From positions 1,736,001-1,800,000 of the forward strand of contig NW_026515668.1 in NCBI RefSeq assembly GCF_025526975.1: 64,000 nucleotides of DNA, written 5' to 3'. The stretch comes from Fimicolochytrium jonesii (Eukaryota). Below the pieces are notes generated by a model, which was not told the DNA's origin, did no database searches, and worked only from the letters and a program-made list of their open reading frames with translations. This document shows positions 52,687 to 64,000 of the stretch, in pieces. The stretch's first letter is position 1. The number at the start of each line of letters is the position of its first letter. The position numbers were made by a program, and so were the translations under genes.

Positions 52687-54412
52687 GCTTCAAATTCACC
52701 GAGGCACTCCGACATGAAGAAGGTCCGAAATTGCCAAACCGCACAGAGAAGTCGGACTTCCCACAGCGACAAGATAGCACGGAAGCAGGCGGGTGTCCTA
52801 TGTGGTCTACTTTTGATTTGGCCCAACCCTTACCTGGGATTGAGATACTCCTTTCCATTCGCAAATAAGGTCGCAGAAATCCTATGCGTCGCTGCTTTCT
52901 GACTGGGCCTACGCTGGGTCTGTCCGCTCACAAGAATATCCTACGCTTTATATGCCGCTATTATTGTCTGACTCGGTCCAGGCCTATAGCATGTGCTGCC
53001 GCTCTGTGTGGCCCAACTTGAGCCTACAAGACAACGAAAACAATTCCACATTCCCTTGTGCCAGTGCGCCGCTTGACCTCCCTGGCCCGACTCGGGCCAC
53101 CTTGAAAAAGTACACAACATGACGCACGGCGCCAACCTGTTTCGACCGTTGGAGGATCATTATCAGTCACTTTGGGCTGGAACAGCATCAGGATAAACGA
53201 CGTCAATGCAGCTGGGCTAGAAGCGGATAGCGGATAGGCTGATCTCATTCATCATATCGGCACCTCCGGGGATGCCACATCATCTCCGCTTGGCGCCATA
53301 TGAATACTCCTATGGACGCAGACAACGCCAATTTGCCCTTGCCCAGTAATACCACCCACATCCAAACCGCTCAACGTTATAAATCCTGGCGAGGTGGCCC
53401 AAACCCAGCGGAAACTGGCGCAAATCGTCTACCTGTGCATTCATTCAGTGAACCAGACCGAATCCTCGAGCTATGAGAAGAATTTGCGAGCAGCCCACTG
53501 TTTCTGCCTGCTGGGTTTTCGGGGCATCCAAACTTGAAGTCCTTATGGGGGCTCGGAAGTACAGTATCAAAGTTTCAAACTACTTGACGTCCGACGGTCG
53601 GACTGTTTCCTCAGGTGGATTTTACGCGTGAACTACGCGTTTGCAAAGCTTACGTGCCATCACGTAGTCTCGTAAGCAGCTTGATCTTGACCTCGGAGCT
53701 GAATTCGAAAGTTGGTTATCAGAATATCACACATATTCGTGTCGCTACTCTTGTCTGGCCCGACATGGGCCTACGAGATCACAAGAAAACTCAAGGCATT
53801 GAGGGAATGTATTTCATTGTTCCATGTGTAGCTACTCTTGTCTGGTTCGACCCGGGCCTGCATATACAGGTTCAGGGAGCACTCAGTATGTTATGGTAAG
53901 TATCCGGCGGGCATATGACCTGACGAGACCACTCGTACATTACCGAATCCGGTCGCAAATGTACCACTCCGGGGCTTCACGTGCCTGGCCCACCTCAAGG
54001 GTATACAAGACATCACACACGGGGAGATAATACGATGATACAGTACAATTGACCTTCAAAGACGACGATTAAACGAAATATACATGGAAGAAATAAGTAC
54101 AACAAGGTGGACAGAATTTTCCTAGGGAGGCTGGAACGTACGGCCGCGATTAGAATCGCTTAGTGGTGGTACTAGACGGGGAAGTTGACGCCGAAAGGGA
54201 GGGAGACTTGGGATGGAGTGGCGGGATGGGAGTAGGGAACCCGTACATAAGTGCCATTGTCCTGTGTTTCGGACGCGGCTGAATAAAGCTCAATCTCACA
54301 ACGATCGAGAGCGAGTGGTTTCGACGCCATTGTTGCGCCCAGTAAGAAGAGCTTGACAGGGTCGCCCACAGCCCCAAGTACTCGACGCACTGGCCTTGAC
54401 CTCCTCCTCAAC

Positions 54413-55986
54413 CTACTGATGCTTGAGCTCGATAGTCGCTTCACGCAACTGGTCGTTTATCTGAAAGCCAGGCACTTGCGATGTCGGCGCAGGCGTGACC
54501 TCGATGGCTTGCTCATTCTCCGGTGCGTCGTCGACTATCACCGGCTCCTGCTGCTGCTGCTGCTGTTGTTGTTGTTGCTGTTGGAGCTGAAGTTGAGCTT
54601 GGTGTTGTTGCTGATCATTGAATATCCCGGCTGCCATACGGGCAAAGAGCTGGGCGGCGTTAATGGCGTTGAGTCCTCCTGCGGCCGCGCCTGTGATGCC
54701 AGGCTGTGGACTCGCGCCGGCCTACAAGCGTGGAAAGGGGTGGAATTAGAGAAACGATCTTCCACGGCACTTGCTTGAAGAAAATCGCCGCTCCATCACC
54801 CCATACGTACCAACGAAGACAGGATCAGCTCTCGTTCTCGCTCACTCGCCGCCCTGTACAGATTCTCGCGCTCCGCGTCCCAGAAGGACATTCGCGTCTT
54901 CAAGTCATCTAAAGCCGTTCCTGACAGGGCCGTTCCGCTGTCCGAAGATATTATTGTTTTTGTATGGGAAGAGCGATGGGTTGGGGAACCTGCGCGAGAG
55001 AGTGCCAGAAGATCGTGGGCGATGTCGGTGGCCGAGAGTTCTCCCTGATCAGTGTCTCTAGCACTCCTTTCTCCACGTTGTGGTGTTAGGTGTCCTAACA
55101 TGGCTATGTCACCGCCGGAGAACGGCGCAGCGGGCAAACCACTTGGTGGCTCTGCTGCTTCGTTTGGCTTTGCTGTTGCCGGCGTGCTCGGATCTCCGTC
55201 CACATCCATCTTATCAACATCAGCGACCTTAGATGTACTGACATTCGAGTCTTCGCCTGCTTTATCGGCCTGCTCGGCTGCCTGCGCTGCACCGTCCCGA
55301 CCTCCCACATCGTTCCACAGCGTCCAAGCCATCTCGCGAAGGCGACGGTTTTCAGTCTGACTTTGGCGCACCTCCAAGCGCAGTGCTTCGACCGCGCGGT
55401 AGATCTCCTCGCGCTCCCTCCACCAGAGTTCCCTCTCCCGGACCCAAACATCCCGCTCGGCGCTAAGTCTGTCGACAATCATCTGGAACTCCCGGCACTG
55501 CTGATCCGTTTTCTGGAGGAGCAACTCTTTCCCAGCGAGGTTCTGGCACTTTGCCTCCAAATCCCTGATGTAATTCTTCCGTCTTTCACGAAAATTACGT
55601 TGCGCTTCTCTGTTTTGCTGTGCGCGCCTAGACGTTACGCGTGAAGCTTTACCTCCGCCAGGGGAACGATCGTCGTAGAATTCGCCGGACGGCGACATGT
55701 CGCCGCTGTCCTCGAGTTTGGCTAGATGTGCACCGGACGAAGAACCGCCGGCCGACCTTGAACGCCCTGCCGACGCTGGGTACTGTTGGTTTGTGGTGGT
55801 TGTGTCTCTGTGCGACAGACCGGCTGGTGGTCCATGATGCATTTCCTCGCCATCCTGGGAGTGGTGCTCGTGCTTAAGTTGTGAGGAGGAGATGGCATGT
55901 GCATCGGACAGGCCCTCGTTGGTGGCGGCCAGCTGCGATGAGGACACGGCGGGGGCGGTATCTGCCCGATGCTGACGGGAACTCAT
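54413..55986 (-). CDS. bZIP transcription factor (Yap/AP-1-like basic region)
   Basis: RRAQQNREAQRNFRERRKNYIRDLE plus leucine zipper. The last exon encodes polyQ and ends at 54413. Confidence 0.88.
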
Positions 55987-56526
55987 CTTGGAGAGAGTGG
56001 TTACGTTTCGAAATGGAGCGTTACCGAAGCCTTTACGTATACAGTGCACTGGACATCGGCGCAGCTTGCCGGAAGTCACGTGCCGACCGAGGAAAAACAA
56101 GAGAATTTAATGCATCAATCGTCGTGAAACGCTTTTTTTCATCATGACGGGTGATGGGATACGGCCGTTTTGGCTCCGAAATGGTGTCGCGTGTTTCTGC
56201 GGCCAGGAAAGGAGAAAAAACAGACCACCTTGCTTGGCATCCCGCCCAAGTCACTTTAGGCATTAGCGAGCTAAATCAAAAGGTGCAGAAGAAGAGGCTG
56301 CCGAATGAGAACGAGAATGAGAATAATATGGCGGCTCTCGAGCGCGGCTTGCCCGTGGATATCGTGAGAAAATTTGTGCGTGTATGCTGGGCTGGCGCTT
56401 TCAAGTCAATTTCGATTAGAGCCTCCCCCGCGGCCCCCTGCAGGATATTTAGCGGCGTGGAGGAAGACGCCGTCCCTACGGCCCCGAAGCACACCATTAG
56501 ACTTCCACTCCAGCATCTACGACGCA

Positions 56527-57516
56527 ATGCCTCGCCTCGTCGCCCTCGTTTCCGTCGTGTCGGCCCTCGTCGGCCTGGCAAATGCTCACATGCGGGTGGG
56601 CGGTCCATACCCATGGGGCGGAGCTAATATGGCCGCCCTCGAAAACCCGCTGAATTCTGGAACCCCGAACTGGTTCTGCCACGGACAGAAGCAGCCAGCA
56701 AAACCACTGGTGCTCAACATCACGGCTGGCGGAACAACGACATTGCCGGTTACCTGCGGAGAGGCGGCCGCGAACCCGGCCATGGCACCACAAATTTGTG
56801 CCAACGACCCTGTCGCGGCTCACGGTGGAGGTGGCTGCGCCCTCTCTATCGCAAGGCCCGGCCCCGGAGGAGTAACGATAAACGACTTCGTTATGTTCAG
56901 CAGCAGTGCAGATTGCCCTCATGTGAGTTGTAATGGTGGGACTTTCAGTCCTTTCTGCAACATGCGTTGATACTTATTCTTACCCTCCTTACAGACCAAC
57001 TTTGCTCCCAACATCAACTTCCCTATCCCAGCCAACCTCCCGGCGTGCGACGACTGTGTGTGCAGTTGGACATGGATTCCTACACCAGGCGCGAGCGGAG
57101 ATGAGATGTACATGAACTGCTTCAACTGCCGCATTATCTCCCAAGTTCAAGGCTTGATCACCAATGGAACGATGCTGAAGGATCACCTGTTCGCCGTCCC
57201 CGGCGTCCAAACGAAGGGCCCCCGTCCTATCTACCGGAATGTCCTCCCCAAAGGCGTCATTCCCTTTGCCGTCACTGGTTCGGCTCTTGCGGCTGTTAAC
57301 GGCACCAACGCTACTACAGTAGCCTCGGTATCTTCCGTCCGTGTGATCCCAACGGCTTCCGCAAAGGTCGCTGCTCCCACTGTCGTCCCTGTTGACGCCC
57401 CCATGCCTACCATCGCAGGAACCCCAGCCACTTCCAACTCCAACACTGGCGCGCAGGTCGTTGCCGGTGCTGGCGCCGCTGTCCTCGCTGCCCTTTCCGC
57501 CCTCGTCGCTTATTAG
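56527..57516 (+). CDS. GPI-anchored LPMO-like protein (AA11/AA14-related His-brace copper protein)
   Basis: Signal peptide ending ANA followed by His1, then AAHGGGGCALSIA, IPANLPAC, CSWTWI and EMYMNC. Intron 56923..56994. S/T/P stalk and GPI-type tail. Confidence 0.8.
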
Positions 57517-58211
57517 ACAATCAGCACGTTTGCCGGACGCCCCTCACTCGTCATGGGATGCCATCGGAAGGAGGCCTGTCGGGCTGCGCCCGCTCAGATC
57601 GACTTTGCAAGACAATTCTCTAATTTCCCGTTGTGTAGATACACACATAGACATTTGTATACTAGTAGCCGTTACGTAGACGGAGTATATACATAGAAAA
57701 TACCTGCTGCTTCTCAATGGTAATACATCGTGCCTCAGATGTTTCTGACGAAAATCGCTTCTTGGAAGTCGCTGTGAACGGCCGACATGGCTGGCGTACT
57801 GTCGCTCTCCCTACTATCAGTACTTCACGAGGAGAGATCTCGTAAACGAAGTGACAGTATTTCGTAGTCACGTGACGCAATGGTGTGATTACTTCATCTA
57901 GTCGGAGTTGTCGGACTATTCATCGGAGGCCGTCTCCTGGATCCCCCCTGATGAGAAAAACGTTGCTTGGTCCCCACAGAACGAGCTTAACCGAAAATGC
58001 AACAGAGTGAACGTAGCTCCGCGATAATGTGCCCCAGCCACTAATGAAGGGGCTACCGAACCATGTTCAATCGGAGCTGAAGAACATGGTTAACTGTAAA
58101 ATTTCCTTCTTGCTTTAGGTTAGTATCCACCTCGGCCGAGAATGCATTCACGCGGTGCTCCAGGCCATTCAAATAGCGGGAGTATATCCGTGGGTTGGCA
58201 TCTGTCGCGTT

Positions 58212-58280
58212 TCTAGACTGGCTGAGGGATTCCATCTAGACTGGCTGAGGGATTCCATCTAGACTGGCTGAGGGATTCCA
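58212..58280. repeat. Perfect 3 x 23-bp tandem repeat upstream of the cyclase gene
   Basis: TCTAGACTGGCTGAGGGATTCCA x3. Confidence 0.95.
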
Positions 58281-58450
58281 AGCTGCTTCGCTCCTCTTCT
58301 TCTTGTTTACGCATTGCAATCCTTCCGGCGAGAGATTTCCTTGGCCAAATTCCATCCTTATATATAGCTGGCCTGCGAGCGCTGCATAGCGTAACCCGCG
58401 GTTCATTGCCTCCTACACCGTGCATTCACAACCCATACCTGAACGCAACC

Positions 58451-60896
58451 ATGTCCGCCGCAGTTCGCCGCCCATCGACCACCTCGTCCCCGCACACTGG
58501 GGATGCATCCAATAGCCTCCAATTGTCCAAGATCGATGGCAGCAACAACCAGCTCGCGCGCACCGGTCGCGACGATGAGCTCGAGAAGACGCTCAAGCTG
58601 ATGGCCATCGAAGACCAAGCCCTCGTGTTCGCGTTGGACCAGGAACGCGAGCAGATGGAATCCAGCAGAGAGCGTATCCACCGCATGAACAATTTCCGGA
58701 TCGACGAGGCGCATATCCGTGAAGCCAACATTGCGGAATCGCAGTTCCTTGTCGATGGGCAGAACAACGAACGCAAGTCGCTCGCCGCGGCTGAGGTCGA
58801 GGCTGCGGCGGTGCTGAAGGAAGAAGAGAGTGAGAAGCGAATGCTGGAGATGTTGACGAGGGAATTGAGATCTTTGAAGATGAGCGTTAGCCAGAATAAC
58901 GAGGCGGCTGAGAAGATTCTTGGAGTCAAGAAAAAGATTGCTGAGAGGCGGGTGTCCAATAGCATGAAGTTGGTGGGCATTGAAGTCAGACAGGAAAGGG
59001 AGAGGAAGGCCTTGCAGGAGACTCATACGAGGATAATGAAGGTGGGCTTCTTTCGAAGCACACAAGTACATCCCATACACCGCATCTAAACATCGTCTTG
59101 CATCATAGAATATGAGCCTCTTCCGAAACATCCTGCTTCAAGAAATTGAAGACGCCGACCTTCACAAGATGGTTACCGAAAGCGGCGAGGCAGATGGCGA
59201 GGGCAACCAAGCCGTTCTCGACAAACAGGATGCCGACAAGGTGCATCAAGCCAAGCTTCTGCAACTCAAACTTCGCATGCAAAAAGAGGTCGAACAACTC
59301 CGTGAGGAGCACCTCATGAGGTTGAAGCACATCATGAAGCTCTGTGAATTGGAGCTCGCGCAGACCGAAGAGACCGAGACGCTCATCGCCGAGCAAAAGA
59401 TCCAAGAACTGGAGCTGGAAGTCGAGCAAAAGAAGGAGATGGAAAGCGAGGAAGACCAGATCGCCCAACAGCGCGCGAGCCTGAAGGCTTTCCAAACCCA
59501 GCGGCACTTGCAAGTCAAAGCAACCAGGACTCTCGCCCAGCAGCGGTACGAAGCTCGCCAGCTTGCTCGCCAACAGAAGCTTGCGGCCAAGAACCGTGAG
59601 AGGCAGTTCATTGCGCAAGAAGAGCAGTTGAGCGAGAGCCTGAAAGCCATGGACGATGATGAAGATAACGAGGAGGGCTCACAGCCCGGCACCAATCCCG
59701 AGAGCGGCGACGCTGGCGCGCGAAAGATGGTCGCTCTTCAGTCGGCTCGTAGAGGAGGCCCCGCTTCGGAGATCAGCGCCGGCGAGAGCGCCTACGCGGA
59801 CAGTGAGATCTCGGACATGCCCAGCGAAGCCCACACCGAGTTGCTCGATGACGAAGGCGAGGCCATCACCTCTACCGAAGCCGAGAACATGGAAGCCGAG
59901 GATAACATGCGGAAAGAAAGGTCCCGCATCGAACAACTCGTGCAGCGACAAAAGCAGGCCCTCGAGACGGCACGCACCCAACACCGCGAGATGCGCGAGG
60001 CCCTCAAGCGCGAGAACCAACAACAGAAGAACGCCTTGCACGCTGAGCAAGAGGAGGAGTACAAGCAGCTGAAGGTTCAGCACCACAAGGAAACCGAAGC
60101 GTTGCTCAACACCCAGAGCGCGGCCAACGCACTCGAAGACGACAACAAGGGAGCCAACGAGCTGCTCTACGGCATGCTGCCCCGTTACGTCGCGGACGCC
60201 ATGAAGATTGGCGCTGAAGTGCCCCCCAAGGACTTTGACTGCGTGACGATCATGTTTGTGGACATTGTCCAGTTCACCAACCTCACCTCGCGCTCGTCGC
60301 CCGACCAGATCGTCAACCTCCTCAACCGCCTCTACACGGCCTTCGACGCTGCTCTGGACAACTACACCGATCTGTACAAGACCGAGACTATCGGTGACGC
60401 CTACCAGATCGTTTCCGGCCTGAACATCGACGCCGAGGCGCACACACCCGAAGAGCGTGCGGCCGTCACCAAGCGCAACGCGGTAGACATGGTCGACTGC
60501 GCGGTCAGGTTCATCGAAGACGTCAGGAACCTCGATATGTCCGACCAAGTCCAGCGCGAGCTGCACATCCGGATCGGCGTGCACTCCGGCCCGTGCATCG
60601 GCGGCGTCGCCGGCGTCAAGATGCCCAAGTTCGCCATCTTTGGCGACTCGGCTAGCGTCGCTGGCCAGATGGAGCAGAAATCCGCGCCCAACAAAATTCA
60701 CATCAGCCAGGCGACCTACGAGTTCATCGCTGATGGTCCGTACATTACGCAGAAGAATGGCGAGGGGATCAAGCTTGAGGGTGGACAGGAGCTGCAGACG
60801 TATTGGGTTTCGGGGAAGAAACACGGGCAGCAGGAGTCTGCGCACAGACATTCCAGTGTACCGAAGAAAAAGGCGCACAGGGTGACCATGAAATAA
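58451..60896 (+). CDS. Soluble class III guanylyl/adenylyl cyclase-domain protein with a long coiled coil
   Basis: Intron 59042..59108. ELLYGMLPRYVA signalling helix, VTIMFVDIVQFT, KTETIGDAY and IRIGVHSGP. No TM segment seen. Confidence 0.9.
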
Positions 60897-61525
60897 GATG
60901 GCATTTCATGGCTTGCAGAGCAGACATCTTTTTTTCCTGAGCATCTCCTCGTTATTTTTGGCATGTAATGCTGGCGCTTACAATAAGACTTCAAAACATG
61001 AAACCGAGCGATGATGTCTGTTTTATCGAGTAGTCTTCCACTCCTCGCTCCTTTTGACAGCTTTTTCGACGTTGGGAGAGGTCAGGAGCGCCGCAAGCGT
61101 TCGCAGACATATGCGAAATATGGAATGCCTCAACGGCACGCAGATTATCATCTGGAAGGAAAACGTATAGTTGTCGTCCGCACCCCTTTGGGCCAGAGCT
61201 TCTCCCCTCCCCATGAGCAGCAGTTTGGAGCTGGTGTTTGCAATAACGGAGCTTGACGCGTCGCCGGCAATGAGGCCTCACACTCGCCCAATTCCTAAAG
61301 TAAACCTCCGCGAAAGTTCGCGCACGAGGAGGCATCACTTTGAGAGAACGGCATATTGACCGGCGATTCCAAGACCACTGTAAAGTCACTAGGGCTGGTG
61401 CCCGCTGCTACCGCCGCTTGGCAATCTTGGCTACGCTCCGGCTATCACATGAGCTGGCCATTCCAGTGAAAACCCCTAGCTATGCAAAGCTACCTACAGT
61501 ACATGCCAGACTCCAAGTCTACGAC

Positions 61526-64000
61526 CTAGAGAGAAGCGGCCTGCACAACCTGCCAAGCCTCCTTGTCCTTCGCCTCCTTCTCCGCAATCTTATCTTCCAG
61601 CTTCCTAAGTCGGCTCTGCAACTCCTCCACCGTCTTCACCAATTCTTGCTGCGTCACAATCGCACCCCCAGGGACAGGGTCTCCCCGCGCTTGCAGTGCA
61701 CGGAGGCTTGCCGAGATTTCTTCCCATTCCCGATCATCGTACAGACCGCGGGTGGCTTTGATCTTACCCGCGGCTGCACGGGCGTTTAGTGCCGGACCAC
61801 AGAGACTGCTGATGGCGCTCCGCCTCACGCTCGATTGGCTGTCACGAAGGTGGTTGATGATAAGCTCGGTCGCCTCTTTGAATTTGGATGCGGATTGCCA
61901 TGGCGCGGAGGAGGCGATGGCGCTGATGACCGCTGGGCGAGCTCGTTCGAATTCCACGCCTGGTTGTAAGCGGGTGAGCAGGTAGTCGAAGGCTTCGGGC
62001 GCACGAGACGAACCCAGAGCTCGGAGGGCGTCGCTCCGGACAAGCCCGTGCTGGCCGAGCCATTTCTCGTCCTGAGCGACTTCGAGCAGGAATTTGACGT
62101 CGTCGGGGTTGCGTTGGCGGGCTAGACTTTCCAGCGCTCTGCCGGTGGCACCGTACCCGCGTTCTGACATCGTTTTCTTGTTCAGGAATTCCAGCAACGC
62201 TGACCGGATGCCTTCGTCCGCTTCTGTAAAGTTGGCAGCATCCCTCAGTGCGAATTGATGGGTCTCGGCTTTGAAGATTGCAACCTGCACATCGATGGCA
62301 CGTTGGGTGTTGCACTTTCTCAAGGCTGCGGCGACGGTTGCTCGGACCCTGTAGAATTTCTCCTGCAGGATGTTCTCCTTCACCTGTCAATGGCGTGAGT
62401 TACATGGTCTGCAAATCGCGTAAGTTCCTCTTTGCGGAAACGCGTCACCTTTTTCAGAGCACTTAGGGTGCCAATCTCGATTAATTGCTGATAAGCCCAA
62501 ATTCGGCTGCGAACGTCCGAGACAGATTTGGCGGTCTCTGAAAGAACCTCTTCTCCGGGGTTCAAGTCCAAACTGAAGATGGTCCTGTAGTCGGGATCAA
62601 CGGACAGCGACACGGGTTTGCCCGACACGGGAATGGCCACGATGGCCTTGGTGTTTTTGGTTCTGCTGTCAAAAACAACGTCTGCCGAGTGCGTCTTGCC
62701 GTTGGCGTCAGTGACGGTAACCGGTATCACAATGTCGAAAAGCGGAATCTTTTTGGCCGCATCGACCTGTGTTTGCTCTAAGGTCAATACTACGAGGTTC
62801 TTTTCCAACTCATAGGAGTAGGTACCCTTCAACTTCGGGTATCTATGGAGGCGTCAGGAGCTTGAACACCTACAAGCGCATGTAGGGGAGAGGGGTACTT
62901 ACCCGGGACTGTACAACCAGTCGTCAAAGAACTTGACGAGTGCTACGCCAGAAGCCTTTTCGAGGCATTTACGGAAATCTGCATCTCCAAGGATTAGAAC
63001 GAGAGCGCTGGGAATGACGGGACGGGATACGCAAGCATTACCATCCGTTTCCACCACGCTTCTTTGATACGTCTTGATATAGTCTGGGATACTCGATGAG
63101 TCTTTGCCGCCAAGCCTGTACTCCGACCCATATCACGGATACATACCTTGAACACCAGCCCAGAAAGCCCCATCGCCGAGAAGCTTCCTCAGCATGTGAA
63201 GACGCCAAGCTCCTCCCGGGTACGTGTGCGAATCAAAGACGTGCCAGCTGGAGTCAAAGATTCGTGTGACGATAGGGCGCTGGTATTGTTTGCTTTCGGC
63301 AAAGTAGCGGTCTTGCATGACCACCATCGCAGCCTCAAACTCTTCCTTGCTCACTTTGTCCTCCAGCCACAAAGCCTCGGTGTATTTGGCCCAGCCCTCC
63401 TTCAACCAGACATGTTCGAAGTGGCGGATGACGAGGAGGTCTCCGAAGTATGAGTGGGCCATCTCGTGTACATCCACTCGCTGATAGTCCAGCAGGAGCT
63501 CCTTTGCCCTAATCTCGTCCATGAGGATGACAGCGTTCCAGCTGACAAGCGAGATGTTTTCCATGGCGCCGCCGATGGAGTAGGAGCATACTTGGTAGTA
63601 TTTCGGGAAGGGGAAGTCCTGTTCAATGGAATGGAAGTGCTCAGACAGTTTCTTTTGGTATTCCGTGACCGACGAGCCGGCTCTCCCTTACCACTCCGAA
63701 CTTCTGAGGCAGATAGGCCAACATGTTCTTCGTTTGGCCAAACAGTCGCTTCAAGTCTTCATGTGGAGTCCCTTTCGGGGCGAAGAACTTAACGGGAACG
63801 CCGTTCGGCGATTGACCGGCGTCAACGCTTTCCAAGAATCCCACGGCAAGACATATCAAGTACGACGGACAAGGGAGGTCCAGATGCCATTTCGAGGTAA
63901 TGCTTCCGTCATCATTCTTGGTTTCACCTTGCGAGACCCCGTTTGCGACTGCGGTCATGCCTTCCTCGTGGCGAAGTGCGAAAGATAACGTAGCTCTAAC
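61526..64000 (-). CDS. M1 family aminopeptidase N with C-terminal HEAT-like repeats (5' part outside the window)
   Basis: GGAMEN, HEMAH-x18-E zinc motif, YPGGAWRLHMLR, HEAT-like helices and a terminal coiled coil. Confidence 0.92.

Noticed and set aside
52826..52840. CTTACCTGG resembling the U1 snRNA 5' end
   Set aside because: No downstream U1 stem-loops or Sm site were recognised.
54547..54582. CTG/TTG trinucleotide run
   Set aside because: Explained as the polyQ tract of the bZIP last exon.
58212..58280. Possible CRISPR array
   Set aside because: The repeats are directly adjacent with no spacers, the context is eukaryotic, and there are no cas genes.
59679..60878. 399-aa minus-strand ORF
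   Set aside because: Antisense shadow of the cyclase gene.

Overview
Gene-dense, intron-containing (GT-AG) eukaryotic DNA of fungal type. An early-diverging, chytrid-like fungus is inferred from the gene content, notably a class III nucleotidyl cyclase and a Cache/HAMP-type sensor; the taxon cannot be confirmed from sequence alone. About 26 protein-coding genes were reconstructed by eye. Housekeeping genes: Sec61-gamma, prefoldin 6, V-ATPase D, SmD2, FYV7-like, VPS4, eIF3f, BEM46, fatty aldehyde dehydrogenase, Scm3- and RTC4-domain proteins. Other genes: an MFS transporter, a bacterial-type SAM methyltransferase, two ADP-ribose hydrolases (macrodomain and ARH), a PH-domain protein, a bZIP factor and an M1 aminopeptidase. 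Secreted, surface or lectin-like proteins: GPI DM13-like, DOMON-cytochrome b561, GPI LPMO-like and CBM12-DM9. Two degenerate pseudogene-like tracts lie at about 35.7-38.5 kb and 51.8-52.7 kb. No rRNA, tRNA, CRISPR array or intact transposon was recognised. Best leads: (i) a TM-Cache-TM-HAMP receptor with no output domain; (ii) a half-site coiled-coil guanylyl cyclase that should need a heterodimer partner; (iii) a possible cell-surface redox chain (DM13, DOMON-b561, AA11/AA14-like LPMO); (iv) a single-module ZPR1; (v) a nested fold-back element at about 49.1-49.3 kb. All family assignments come from motif recognition without database searches, and splice and start coordinates are manual estimates.
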